A stretch of 64,000 nt of DNA from Perna viridis (lineage: Eukaryota): assembly GCA_037379345.1 (NCBI GenBank), contig CM074512.1:54395597-54459596 (forward strand). Direction: 5' to 3'. The notes under the pieces are model-generated. The model was not told the origin of the DNA, ran no database searches, and worked only from the letters and a program-made list of their open reading frames with translations. Positions 38,053 through 52,600 of the stretch are shown here, piece after piece. Position numbers and translations under genes: made by a program. How positions within the stretch are numbered: position 1 is the first letter of the stretch; each line of letters begins with the position of its first letter.

Positions 38053-38917
38053 CCGTATGTATCCGCTTATGAATCTTCAGGTTTTCAGATCTGGCAAAGA
38101 CTTTTCCACACCCCGGGAACGGACAAGGAAACGGCTTTTCTCCCGTATGTACTCTGATGTGATTGACCAGTTTATATTTGGCTTTGAAGGGTCTTCCTTC
38201 ACGTGCACATTCCTGCCAAAAACAGGTATGGTTTGTTTGTTCTGGACCTCCGACGTGCTCAATTGTTATATGGTTCACAATTTCATGCATTGTATAAAAC
38301 ACTTTATTGCATGGCTTTTTTGGCTCTTGTTGGTCATTGTCAATCCAGAGACACGTGCGTTCCTGTTTTATTGGAGGTCTTATATATCGAAAAAATGACG
38401 AGGATCCGTTTGGAAACATATTCATGTGATTTAAAAAGGATTGTTGTTCATGATATTGTTCAGATCGAGGTAATGAGTTATACCCGAATTGATCCCCACG
38501 GGAATAAACATCACTTGCATGCCCAGGAATATTGAAATAGCCAGCTTGTGGAGGCACATTTTGGCGGGAGCTATGGTATGGAGAAGCATCATGTAATCCC
38601 TGCAGCAACATGTGCGTGCTAACATCTTGGTGATGATGATGAGAGGGGTATCCTGAAGACGAATGGAATAGCATTCCCGATGTTCTAGATGGCACATTAG
38701 ATTCGCTCATTGACCCATGTAATCCAAATTCAGATCTCCTTAGAAATAAGTCCCTGGAATTAATATTGTTAGAATAAGCTCCCGTGTATCCGTTTGTTTG
38801 AGTATTATAATAATTGTACTGCTGATTTTGGATCATGTTTCCTTCTGGGTGACCGTAGCTGACCCCTGACGGTGAGATATGTTGGGGGTCACTTCTATCC
38901 ATGAAAGATGCAATCAT
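38053..38917 (-). CDS. Zic: ZicB exon 1 (N-terminus, ZOC-like, ZF-NC, ZF1-3)
   Basis: First ATG at 38917 (MIASFMD, parallel to ZicC MINPYME). SRDLFLRR; [17 protein letters not shown]; [43 protein letters not shown]. Donor G|GTAAGG at 38053/38052; intron 3211 bp. Confidence 0.96.
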
Positions 38918-39175
38918 ACTTCGACACAATTATCCAGTTTATTTTTCAGTCCTTACAATGTATACAGCCTAAATCGCAAACAACATGCGGAGCAAGCAGT
39001 AACAGAACAGGTGCTTGTTTGTTAAATTTCTACATTTTAACACTTTACACTTGTTATTTGGAGCTGTTAATGCTTAAAATGATATGTTTACAATCTATAT
39101 GAATCTTCAATCAATTCTTTCAGACAAGCAGATTCATGGTGAGCACCCTGTTATGCTGTCACGCCTTTCTCGCAA

Positions 39176-39185
39176 GTGATTGGAT
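39176..39185 (-). promoter_or_regulatory. Candidate CCAAT box upstream of ZicB
   Basis: ATCCAATCAC on the coding strand about 260 bp above the ATG. Confidence 0.35.
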
Positions 39186-42100
39186 AAAAATCATCTCTCC
39201 CCAAAGCACCAAGTATTGTGACTCGTTAAATCGTATATCATGTTTATTTTCATTTATCAATATATGCATGATATCCCCTTATCCTGCCGAATAATTCATG
39301 GACATTTTTTATTTATTATATTTCCACACTGAATATTCATTTTTTTAATTACATTTCTTATATTTCTACTATTATAATTTTAATGATTTTTTGTTTGAGG
39401 AAAGAAAGGTGTTTTTATTTGTCGAACTGATCTGTTCTGTCTATATAACTAGAAAAAAACAACTCCAGCTGTTTGATGTTATAAGTTCTTTTAAACTTGT
39501 AGTATTTCCTGAATATTTAAAATTTAGTTTTCACCACAGCTCGGATTCGAAAGATATGCAGTTTTACTGTATTTTATATCTTTAGTTTTCATTATGGATT
39601 TCTAAAAAAAAGAAAGAAAACAGCATGACTTATACATGTATTTTGTATTTGGTAACTCATGGTGAATAACAGGCACGGGTTTGACAGGCGCAAGCGCCCT
39701 CGCCCCAATTTTTTTGCATAAAATCTTGTTTTTTTTCGCAAATTCTACTCCCCAAAAATTTCTTTATTGCCTTGCTCGGCTTTAATTCTATTCATGCCAT
39801 CCTGGATCCACTCCCAAATAAAATATTTTATCTGGTATCAAATGTGTTTGCAACCGTTTTATTATTCAAATATTATAAAACCAGTTTTGTGCGTCCGGAC
39901 AAAATGACCAGTTTCGTTCTCTTGGTTAGTATATAAGTTTAAATATTTTATATTTCACATCAACCCAGCGCCCAGTAATGTTTCGGGTAAGTTAATAATT
40001 CAGATGATGACAGCGCGTAATGTGGGTTTATTTCATTTTAGCCACATGTCCACAATAACTTTAATCCGTCCCATAGTAAAGAAGGAAACGCCAGATTAAC
40101 CCAAATTTGACAAATTATATATAAGTATGGTTTTAATTAACCGAGCAAAATAATTCACCAATCATACGCCATATGATAAAATTTGTAATCAGTCCCCTGC
40201 AGTTTTAGTCCCCAATATTAACATATATCTGTATTAACCGCGCATGCACGTCATAGGGGGCGATGTATGGATAGCTGATTCAATTAGCAACTCAATTAAA
40301 ATTGCATATTCAGTGAATTAAGTGTGTTCTGGTATACTGTTTCTTTCACGAATTCGAAAAACCCATAAGATCCAATAATGGCACAGAATGGGAACCATCT
40401 GACGATAGAGTGCGTTAATTTCCCATCCAGATTTTACTAATTAAATCCCCGTGATGTTTTAAGACTTTGAATGACAGAGGGCAAGATTAGACAGTGATTA
40501 GTATGTATCTGTCACCAGTCCTGGGGTGGCGTTGTGGGTAAGCACTGTTGCATAACTCTGATTTATTTCTAAATGGCGAGCAAAAAGATGGTACAAAAAT
40601 ATAATTAATTCAGAATAAAGAGACATTTTGTGAATTCTTTTAGCGCCTTGTGTTGCATTTGCAATTCTAAATCAGGATGATATTTACCGTGTCCTGAGCT
40701 ATTTATGGTATTAGCTGTGGTAGGTAGAACTTAACGAGTCCTGGTATTACGCACTCCTTTTTTGCAAAATAGTTTTATTTGTGTGTCAACCAAAATGTAA
40801 ACAAGGTGGATATCCTATGCAGGGTGAGATTTTGATCTCCTTTTCCATGGAAAAAGTGAAGAATGAAAGCAAACTAAAGGGACGGTCATTTGATATTGAG
40901 GGGAGGGGGGAGGCTTGGAAGATTTCAAAATATTTATTTTCACCATATAAACGATTAAAAATATTCATATTTCTACATTTATACATTCATAAAAATGTAC
41001 AAGCACAATGTTCGGACCACAGTGATTTGAATGTTTCAATTACATCTTCAAGATCAAAATATTAATTTTCAGAAAGGTCTAGTTCAAAACATCTATTTTT
41101 AGATAATCCAAGCGCCCCCCCCCCCGAAAAAAAAACACAACATCAACCGATCATCACTTTAGAATGAGCCTGGATAAGAACATTGTTTAGTTATGAGCAA
41201 TCTGTCTTTGAGGTCTTTTTACTATCCAAATACTTAATTATATATTTAAAACTCGACTCTGATTGTTCTATCATAAAAAAAGTTATTGCATTACAAGGTT
41301 CAATACCAGTTTATTAACCTCTATATTTATACGGGCAATATTTCCTATAGCATTGTATACCTGTACTTGTTATTAAAATAAGGACATAGTTTAATATTCC
41401 CATTGTTTTAAGGGTCTGTATTGATTAATTTGTATACTTTGAACAAACTGAACGGATTTTGGTGTGAAATACTGTAATTTTTCACGACAGCTATCTCCTA
41501 TCAAAGAGAAAATCGGCCGAGGATTGTTCGGACGTGACAATTTTACACTAGGGTGTATTTACTATGGCAGATAAAAGAAACTCATCCTTTAATCTCCGAG
41601 CGGTTACGGGGCTAGTGGACAGGAATGATGTGACCCGGGGATTCGAATATACTTCTTAAACATGATTTGATAACAAATTTATCGATTTGTGATGATACCG
41701 TCCTTTTCCGTAGTACGGATACGGCTTTCCTCTTGTTTTCCAAAACTTTGTTCATGGTTTTCAGTTTTTTCATAAGGTTTAGACATATTATTCCTATTCT
41801 GATTCCGTAAAATCTTATCGGTGCAAAGTCTTACACAATTTTCGTAAAAAAACGCATTACATCATCGTAACGACATATTGATTTGAAACTCAATCAATAT
41901 ACAACTCGAAGACCAACTGCAAGGGGTGAGAAAGCTTTTCATGTTTCGCCACCTGACACGAATTTGGATTTAGTGTTTTAAAGTAGACTTTGGTTAACTG
42001 AGAAATAAGCTTGCCGCTGTTGGAAAAGTTGTCAATATTCTCTAAAGTCAAAAATACAATGTGTCTTTTGGCATTAACATAATATCTATTTTACCTTTCT

Positions 42101-42479
42101 AAGGTATTAATAATCGGAGATCCCGAAACATTCCCTGTGAAAATATCAAATATAGGATATAACCAAAGGGAATCACGCGAAGATAGTCTTAAGATATCTG
42201 GGATAGAAGAAAATGCAAAGTCAAGGAAAAATATTTTTTCCGAGCCGTTAGAGTGCTTAGAGTGTTCTGTTGTGTATATATGATTCAAAACGTTTTTTTT
42301 TTCAATTTATTCTATCAGAAATATTGTTTTTGCCACGTCCGTTCGTATGTCTGTTTCAAAGTTTGTGGTTCATTTACCAATAGTAACGGTTTTGAATGAA
42401 ACCTTCTAAAGTCATTCAATGCGATGTGTTTTTTTTAATAAGATATAATTATCTTCTTATTTTTTAGGGTTTTTTTTTT

Positions 42480-42657
42480 GGTGGGTCATGGTTGCATGTT
42501 TTTTGGTTGTCTAGTACTGACCCTTTTGTTACTTTGTGTGTTTTATTTTGGCTATTACATGTTCTTTGTTGCGTGTGCCAGTTTTCCATATCTGGTCTTT
42601 GCCCCTTGTACATTCTTTTGATTTCCGCTAGAATCTTGGTTCCCTTGATTACTCTTT
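42480..42657. repeat. Interspersed repeat family C, copy 3
   Basis: Ends ATTCTTTTGATTTCCGCTAGAATCTTGGTTCCCTTGATTACTC, like the copy at 28928-29120. Confidence 0.7.
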
Positions 42658-45600
42658 CATACATAGCTTCCATTTTTGCGTCGATTCTGGTGGAAACACG
42701 ATTTTATACTAAACAAAAAAAAGGATATTGGATTTGTAGGCCACAAGAACAGTAATAGTTATGTGGAAATACGTCTCCGAACATAAAAAAGTCTGAAATA
42801 CTACTTTAATAATAAGTTGTTTAAAAATTCTTTGTAATAAATGAATAAAATTTCATTTTTCTTGGCAACGATTGCTACAAGATTGTCTCCCGATCTAACG
42901 CCTGTTGACCCAAGTTGACCTCACTATTCCGGAACGGAAGTGAATGTGAAAGTTGTCTATTGTATACTAGCGCATACGGAATGTCAGAAATATCTAATAC
43001 TATATAATAATAGGGCTCTTACATTTATATAGGTGGATATTATCCCTAATATAGGGTATAATATTGGCACTTGCGATGCCATGCAATATAATATCCACCC
43101 GGACAATATTCACCAATATAGATGCAATAAGTATCCCATATAACATTGAAGACATCATTTACATATTCATATAACTCACCGTCAGTCGTCGAATTGTAAA
43201 TAATAATGATAAAATAATAATAATAATTTAGTTCAATTTAGTCAAAAGCATTTTTGCGTTTAACTGATAATAGTTTTATATTTTTGCAGACCCATATTGG
43301 CTGCATAAGAGTCCCGTCAGCCAAGGGCTAAAAGACATTCTACTATACAATTACCGCAACTAAAAGTCAGATTCCGAAGAAAATGAATTATACCCATATT
43401 CAAAAAAAATAATGGAAATCAAACATTATTATAAAAAGTAATAGATTTCAGTTTCACGTTTCCCTTGCAGTAGCGAAGAACCATCATCTGTTCGCCCTTC
43501 CTATGGAGTTTCAATAACTTAATTCTTTATTATGACTAGCTGGATTTAATTTCAGATGGCCCTGCATGAAAACAAGACAGTTGGAAATAATGAAATATAG
43601 CCTGATATTGGATGATAATACCATAGGCCCCAGCGAGAGATCATTAACTCGTTAACATTATGAAGTACCCATATATTCAACAAATAATTCAGATATCATA
43701 TTTATTTCTTGCTGTAAGTGTATGAAAATGAGCAGCGCTCAAGTTCAAAGAAATGAAAATATTTAATCTTTTTGAATGACTCGACAAAATATGATGTATG
43801 GGGTGAACAGCACTGTTTAAATAATTTGTTAGCTGGTTTGTTTTAATTTATTTAAATTCCTCCTATTTGAACTTTGAACTTTAACGATTGTCTATTTTTC
43901 GAGACCGATGGAGCTTTTTGATGAAGCTTTGAAGATTGCGTAATGACGATCTCCTCGTAAAGGCACTATGTGAATGGATATAGTTATTCCTACCGCACAA
44001 CGCTAGCACCGGTGGCAGGGATAGATATACTACCGATGGGCACCAATAGCATGGGAAGCTGTGCCGATGGGCATTATCGACATGGATAGCTATACCGATC
44101 ACAAGAGTAAGAAGTCTACCCTCGTCGTTAAGAACTTCCATTCAAGAATGCTTTTCTCTCTTTCTTATGAAATCCTCATTTTTCTGATTTGCTTCCAAAT
44201 ATCTCGAATTTCTATGTATTTCCTTAGTATATCTTTCATTATTAAAGAGACAAGGAAGCCGACAAAAATTAGATGTTTAAAATAACTACTCTATAACATA
44301 TTTGGATCCGTAAGAAGTCTGTATGGGATGGGATGGATGGCCGGGGCCTTTTGTATAGCTGATTTTTTTTTTAAAGTGATTCAATATTATCATGCTTATT
44401 CGTTATTCAGTAATTCGTCATTAAATCAAGCGTTTCTTAATTCTATTTTTCACTCTTTTCTAGATGAAAAAAAAACTCTCTTCGAAAATCTTTAGATATT
44501 CTTCTTGATATGAATACTATTACATTATTGAATAAGTAAGCTAAAAATGTCAACAAGAGTTTAACAAAAGTTGACAGCATAGTAAGTCAGAAGGATTTGA
44601 ATTTTATAATGCTAGGTCGTAAATCTTGCCTGAACTCCCAAATGAGTATTGAATTGAAACCTTTAGGAATTATAAATTAAGGTTGAGCTCGATGAGCGTG
44701 GTTTGTAGCGCTGATGGATTTGTAATAGTGTAACCCGTTGCTCTAAAACAATATCTCAAAGGAGAACTTTATCATTTTTTGACAAGAAATTCCATTAAAT
44801 TAAGATTTTACATCAATATTATTTATCCAAAATCATAAGTTAATGAAGAACACAGCCGAGTCGTATTTCAAGCGAATCCTTGTACCTTGATAAACCCTTG
44901 ATACCATCAGTTTTAAAGATACAATCGGAGACCGATTTCTGAGATATGGTTACCAGAAAACAACTCGTTTTATCACTGTTCTAAATGTTCTGCTCCTTTC
45001 GACAAAAATGTATGTAGTTGTGCAGTCAAATCGATCATTCTAGATCAAAAGACAGGAGTCGAAAATTTGGACAGAAAAATCAAAATGAGTAATTAATTGC
45101 CATTCTTTTATCGGCATCAAGAAAGTCGTAATTACTTCTACAGACCATACTTTTGTGGTATACTGTTTCAAAGATATAAATTTATAACGGTTCGCGCAAC
45201 TATTTTCATTTGCACTGAATCAAAGCTTACGGTGCGGAAAAGTTGCATACGGGTCATTTACTATGTCGTATAAAAATCATGCTGATTGGCTGCGTGATAA
45301 GATAAAATGGCGATTAACATCATCACGGAACGTAAAAAATGAATTACTGCGCGTGCTGGTCAGGAATGGAAGTATCTGTAATAATGATAAGAGCATCTTC
45401 CCTTTACTCATTTTTCCAATATAAGTGAATATTCTTCATCATATCATACGAAAATTGTTGATGATCATTTTTAGTTGAATTACAAGGTTATCAAATAAAT
45501 TGAAGGTCATCCATAAAACACGCACTCACACATTAAGCAAAGGAAAACATACCAGAACTATTATCTTTGATGATTTATATAAAAAGTTATGAAATTTCTA

Positions 45601-46573
45601 CTTTAGTTCTGCAGTTTGTTTCAATAATTATTTTTAGATCGGTAGAAAAGACTGAAGTGCGATTAAAACGACCGGAAAGTTATTTTTAAATACATATTTT
45701 GTTTCCAATTTGACTTCTTAGACTCTCAATGACAATTGTGAAGGATATCCCAGATTCTAACCAACTCTAACTATCACTAAATAAGATTTCTTGAACAAAA
45801 CAGGCGCATGACTGAAAAAAAGACAGATTGAGTAACAGCTAGCTAAATTACGCCATGTTGTAGGCGAATAATCACAGCTAAGTATATTACGCCATGTTGT
45901 TAATGAAAACCCACATATTAAGCATGTCTGCGCCATTTTTTCCAACGAACTGCCCAAGCAAATGATCATATTTCCTTCTTTGAAGACAACAAAAACAATC
46001 AAATATTATCACCTGTTGAATACTTAGAAAAAATTCCTCATAAAAGTCAAACATATCTATCTAATATTTGTTTGCTTTCCCAGCTGTGATTTAGACAAAC
46101 AAACGAATAACAAAGCTATTTTGTACGTCAGATTCCGAGGTTACCAGTCAGTTACCCCAGCAGGTGAAGCAGACATGAATTTAGTGTGTCCCCAATCAAA
46201 ACCAGAGCTATTAATCCTGTTTCGAATCTTACTATTCCGATTATCTGCAAACGACACATTGAGGACAAAAGGAACGTGTCAACCTTTAATGAGATATTGT
46301 GTTTTCTTGTTATTAAACCTAATCTGTAATGCCAATACATATATGTTGTTTTTTTGTTTATCTTTTGATCTCTTCAGGATACGAGTTGTAAAGATTTTTT
46401 ACAAGAATGTCGCATTCCTTACACTCTTTAACTTATCACTAGTATCCAAGAAACAATTTTGCAGTGCGACAATACAACCTAATTTCAATGGTTCTTGAAT
46501 TTCATCAAAACATAATAGTTTGATAAATTCTGCAGATGCTTGCACCTTATGCTATTTAAGACCTTACTGCGGT

Positions 46574-46633
46574 AAACAAAAAAAAAACAAAAACAAAAAC
46601 AAAAACAAAAAAACAAAACAAAACAAAACAAAA
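46574..46633. repeat. (AAAAAC)/(AAAAC)n microsatellite
   Basis: Directly visible. Confidence 0.85.
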
Positions 46634-49600
46634 TCCGATCTTAATGAACAGCTTAAAGTGTTAGCCAGTTTACTGAGTAAATCTATGTATTAATAGATAT
46701 TATTTGAGGATTTCGACTTTTCATGAAGTTGATGCGCGTAATAAGTGACCTGAAATAAACAAGGCGCTAGAAACCACTTTCTCACCGCCTTGTAGAAAGA
46801 TTAGAGGGTTCATAGTATATCAGATAATTTAATTTCCACTTTACCATATTTGGACTTTACAATTTATCTCCCTTCGGAATCATGTGAATTTCTCTCATCG
46901 TAAATGTATGGTCCATGGTATACAGAGGGACTTTATATTACATCTTATATACAACCCTGGTATACCGTTGATACTTATTCAATAAAGAACTTCTTCGTAT
47001 TTTTCGGAAACCGCAGTTATGATATCTGCTAAATGTATTTTTTTCCTGTACAGAGAATAAATAAGGGCTATTAGCCTTTAACATCAATTTTCTGTGAATA
47101 TCAATGGCGCATACATAGTTTGTGGCACACATACTTAAAGAAATTCCTGAAACTTTACATATGATCTCACTACTATGAACAAAAATAAATTTATGGTCAT
47201 GCGGTTGCTATGGACCATTGTCGTCATGGTGATGGGGTCGTGCTTTTTCTTGCTGAAATAACATTATTTTGTTGATCTTTTTGTTTTATTCTTAAATTTG
47301 TTTTACTGTTGTTTTACATATATTGTATGTTGATTGTTCCAAAGCTTGGTGACTGTAACACGGCGCAACAATCTTGCAACACTCTGAAAATGTCAACATG
47401 TGTTGTGTGGTCATTATGTCTACACCGTTGATAAGTACAACTATTAAACTAATAGAAATATGAATAAACAGCACGTTAAAGAAATCAAAATTAATATACC
47501 AAACTATACCATTAAGAATCTGCAATCTTGCCTTGTCAATCACGATCAATTCTTACATACATTCATAAAAATGGATGCTGGATACTAAGCATGATATTGC
47601 GTTGATATGATGTGTATCGTTACAAAAAAAACTAAGATTCCCGCCATGAAAGCCGGCGTGGATTCCATAGTTTTTGTGTTTCATGGTTAATAAAGACATT
47701 GAGATACCGTTAGAAAGTCAGCTTCAATTAAACGCATTAAAGGCAGACTTAAGACAGATTCTTGCTGTAAATTAAATAGAAATGTCGTAAAATATTATAC
47801 TATATAGTTTAGGTTCCTCTCCCAGGCATAAAATTTGTAAAATATTAATGCTGACATGTTAATAGTGCATATAAAAGATGAAAGGGAACTATGATATACA
47901 TTAAAAATAAGCAAAATCAGGAGTGAAGAGATTCAGGCACAGATTTTTTTTTACTGCAGAGAAGCAAATTGCGAACAAATTAAGAAATTCCATCCTTTAT
48001 GCAACTTTTTAGTGACAGAACAATACCAATTGAAAAAGCTTGATGCCATGTACCGACATTGCTCAGAAAGAGACAATGGCTGCGGCATGACTGTGCGTGC
48101 CCAGGAGCCTGTTGACAAACGTTTTCTATCAATTAGGAAGCAATATGGACCTTCCCTCAGGCAAAAATTCATGCATTCGTTATAGTAAACAGACATGAAA
48201 AATTGTAACAATATTATGTCTATTGAAATATTTCAAAAAGATATTTTCTCCTCCCCATAACATCAAGTGTTTTTCGATGAACTTTAAAAAATTATGAACA
48301 CGAGTCAATTGTTGTAGCTTAATCAAATATAAACCGATAAAGCTTTTAACTGCAGGCTAACAACGTGCTTCACTGCTTTCTGGGCTTTACCTTCTCTGCA
48401 GGAATGATACTTGATTTTTCCAAATGTGTAAATTTAATGATCTAAATCAGTCTAAAGAGAAATTCATACACTTCCAACATGCAAATGTCCCTAAGTTTGA
48501 TATATAATAGTCATAAAATCGAATATGATTTGTGGCTGTGTACATAGAATCATATATCCATAATAAAGAGCTTTCTGATAAAATAAATGGTGCATAATAT
48601 CCAGAGCTTTTAATAACAACAGGATATGTGCTATTCAAAACTTCAACCTTTTGTGTTGCTTTCTGTATCATTTAGTTTCCTGATAGTTGTAAAAACCATT
48701 TTAACAATACACCTTCTCATTTATCTAGGAAGCTGCTGTACTATAGTGGTTTTCTGAAACATTAATTCATTTTTTTTTCTGTTTACAAAATAGTTTTGTT
48801 GATACGGAGAGACAGTCCATGAAGACTACCCGGTTCACAGGGATGATCATATATTTCTTTCATGATCCCTTCATATGAGAAATTTACAAGTAAAACGTGT
48901 ATTTGTTGTTGGTATTTTATTTGAAGTAGAACATACCCACTTGATATCTCGTTAAGTTATTTAGCATTGGCGCAGGTATCAATTTATGTATGCTTTAATT
49001 AGCAACTACTTCTGAATAAATATACAATTCAATTCAATACTCTACAATAAAATCAATGATAGTTCAATGTTATGAATATATTTTTTGAACACCGAAATGT
49101 AAATACGGTCTTTTAGTATGCAGGTTGTGTTCTAGATATCAATCATAGTTTCACTTTTTGATGTTTAATGATGGGTATCATTTTAGATTGAATTTGAAAA
49201 CCGGGTACCACTTCGTGCCTTATATGGAATTAAATTATCAGAGCTACCGGAAAATTTTATACATAGTCAAAATTGAAAACAATAATTTTGTTATAAGTGA
49301 TTATAACTGTGTCAATGAGACGTGGAAGAGGTTTTGTATAGACTCACAGTTCCCTATCTGTAGGTCTATTTGTATTCATTAGAATTGGGACTATAATCCG
49401 TTTTCTAGACTGCAAGACGCAGAGAGCGGCAATTGAAATATTAAAAAAGCAAGCCTTGATGGATGATGGAATATGCTTTCAATATATGTTTATAAATCCG
49501 TGAATGAGTTTTGACACAAGGTGAAAACGATTTTTAGACTTGACTGCTTTCAACAGAGAAAGCACATTAATCTTTAATTGAAGCTTAAATGAATACGTTA

Positions 49601-52600
49601 TCGACATTTTTCACAGTTTTGGGTGTCATGCAGGGCGCAGTATTGTTTCCTTCTTTTATTGAAATCGCATAGAAAATTCTGATACAAACATTTACATCTA
49701 TTCAAAGCATTAAATGGAGATGGGCAACAAGTTGAATATGTGAGTTGAAGTGGCTACTGATGAATAAATCATTACAACCATCCCTTTTGGAGCCTTGTAC
49801 AAAATAAGCTTTTTTCTCAGCAACAATGTGTCAACTATAGAAATCAACAGAGCGTGACAGAGGATTCTGAGTGGTTTTGAAAGGCAGCCATTTATATATC
49901 TGTCTTGAATAAGCTTAAGCAATCCATACAATGGACACTTCTTTAAATAATGAATGAAAACTTGCAAATAATTAGAAAATTAGGAGAAAAAATAAATGAC
50001 AAAAAATAACTCGAAGAATGCTGTAACTTGTCGGTCGATGGCTGATTGGTTTACATTTTATACTATTTACGTCCTCGTTTTAATGCATATTGATTTACAA
50101 ATTCCCCCTTCTAGCCTAGTTAGAGAAAGTATACGGCCTGCAGATAGCAGATAAAATATTCAAAATCGTCTGTGTCTATTACATGTATATCCAAATTTGT
50201 GATTAAGACAAACAAATGGGCATATTTATACATTTTTAATAACTGATGTCGTTATGACTACTTAAACTTTGGATATTGTGGAAGTCTTTGCTGAAGTTCA
50301 AGACTACATTCTAAAAAATTATGCAGCTGAATTTTTCACTTTATTAAAAAAATCTAATTTTTTATTTTGATTTCATACTTCTTGACTGTAAAATTTAAAA
50401 CGAAGTCTTGATGGAATCCGGCATCATAAACTTCCCTTGAAGTTTTTGGTATCTACTCTATCAGCAGACATAATGACAGTCTTAGCGCGTTAACTGCACG
50501 CGCTACACAGGAAGTAAATAGAACTATCTTATCTTTTTTCGATAAAACAATTATGAATGTTTTGATTCCTGCACCCCAGGAAATGTAAGCAGACTCCCCA
50601 TTAATACACCTGCTCCCTAATTTAACATTTGTTCGACACTTACCCTTCCTTTATACAAAGTTGTTCACTTTGTTTATATTTAAGCTGTGAACAATGTAAT
50701 CGGATTTGACGAAAGAGGCTTTCGGTAGCAACATCAGATTGCTGAGATATTCATAGAATAGAGTTCATATGCCAGTCTTTCATTTCTACAACTTATGATG
50801 CGTATATCCAAATACCCAACAGTGAAAATATTGAGAAAGATGAAGAATACACAAACGTATTAAAACTTTCGCTTAAAGGACAGAAACTGTGCTAAAATTG
50901 ACATAATCATGTTCAAATTTCCACGGATTTTACTGAAAGAATGGGAACCCATTAACCATCGACATGACAAGTTTTGTCGCAGACGACAGTCTAATTTTCT
51001 TCGCACGTGCTCTTTCCCGGTGATGTTTTGGCTAAGAATGTTGCCGCTGTGTTTATAATCATTGCCATTAACTAACAAGAAACTTAAATCACTCTTCACA
51101 TCTGTATTTATGAATTTTCTTATTGAAAAACATTGTAAAAATACAATACAATAATAGCTTAATAATCTGTTTTAGTTTGTAGTCACACGTCCTTATTTAC
51201 CGTTTGGAAGTAAAAAATCTCAGCCGGGAGAGCCTGACAATAACCTATAATTTTCATGTAAATATGGTCAGATATATGGGCCTTTAATGGAAAAATGTTA
51301 AAATATTGTAATTGATTATGTGAATTTAATTGGTAAGTCTGCAGTTCACAATAAAACAATTACCGAAAAACGAGTCTTTGGTATATAGTATTACATCTTG
51401 TGAGTGATTGCCCGGATAAAGTTGCGACAATTTGTGAAATAATATTTTTTTCTGAAGGGCCAATTTAAACTACAAGGATAAAAGCATTAAGTTCTGATAC
51501 CGTATAAACAGTAACTCGATTAGGCCACTGGATTTAAACATTTTAAAAGGGAAAACGTATGTGAGATATATGAGCATGTTCTGAGTTGCATTTTGTTTTT
51601 TTTTTCAGTTGACTGATCTTTAAAAGTGAAAATTGCACGGTCGGCAGTTTCCCTTGCTTTTTTCAATACTGCCTGTAGTTTTAAATGCGTGTTTTCTCGG
51701 TCATCGTGTTTGCTCATCAGCCTTTCATAGATCTAGCAACAATCTTGCAACTGAATCTGATATTTTAAATGATCCTTAAATAAGTCTGAGTTATATAACT
51801 ATTTCTTCGTGCATTAATTTAGAAGGAAAATATCTTCATAAGTGATCACACATAATGGCCAAATTACCAGCAAAGAAGACGAGAAACTAACGGAAAAATG
51901 TGACAGCTGCATCTAGCGTATCTTGACTTGATTATCTCTCAAAGGATCTAGGCAGAATTTCCACACTTCTTTGAATGAAGTGAAAAACATACTTTAATGT
52001 CCATATCAAATAATGAAATATTAGATGTTTTGTGTGCCAGAGAAACTATCATAGCGAAAATCCAAAACCTGAAAGTCTATCTGGTGATAAGAGATCCCGT
52101 TGAAGATAAGTATAAGAAAGCGATAAGAAAATCATAACTCTATTTTTTTCTCTCTTTTTATCAATCTAATGATCATATTTTGTTAAAAAACGTTTCATCT
52201 AAATTAAATGCAAACCATTTTTACATCGTTGATGTGTATTCTAAAATTCGACAACAATAATGACACAATAAACGATTACTACAAGTAAATAAAAGTATAT
52301 TTATAAATAAATAAAACAGACAAAGAAACTTAAAAACAAAAACAAAAAACGCTTCTGTGAAATACAATATTTTTATCACATAACAAAAAGAATAAAAAAA
52401 TGTTGTATAAATGAAAATATTTATCATTTAAAAACAATATTTAAAATAACTTGCAGATATAGAAAAATCTCAAACTATTTGGACTTTAAGATACATAGTT
52501 TATTTTATAATATAAGAAATAGGAATTAGACCAGGTTGAAGTCAGAGTAACTACGAAGCACTTTATAGTAGCATTTTTCGATACTGGGCACAACTTCCGG

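Noticed and set aside
38057-38398. Similar antisense or alternative-frame ORFs over both ZF exons (also 60722-61051, 38077-38262, 60703-60957)
   Set aside because: Shadow ORFs; their similarity follows from conservation of the Zic codons.
38918-38929. ORF-track start MCRS for ZicB, and the read-through tails after HTG at 37964-38052 and 60743-60753
   Set aside because: TTG start (first ATG is 38917); the tails are intron sequence past the GT donors.
45847-45900. 39-bp-period duplication of ATTACGCCATGTTGT
   Set aside because: Only two copies; ordinary local duplication.
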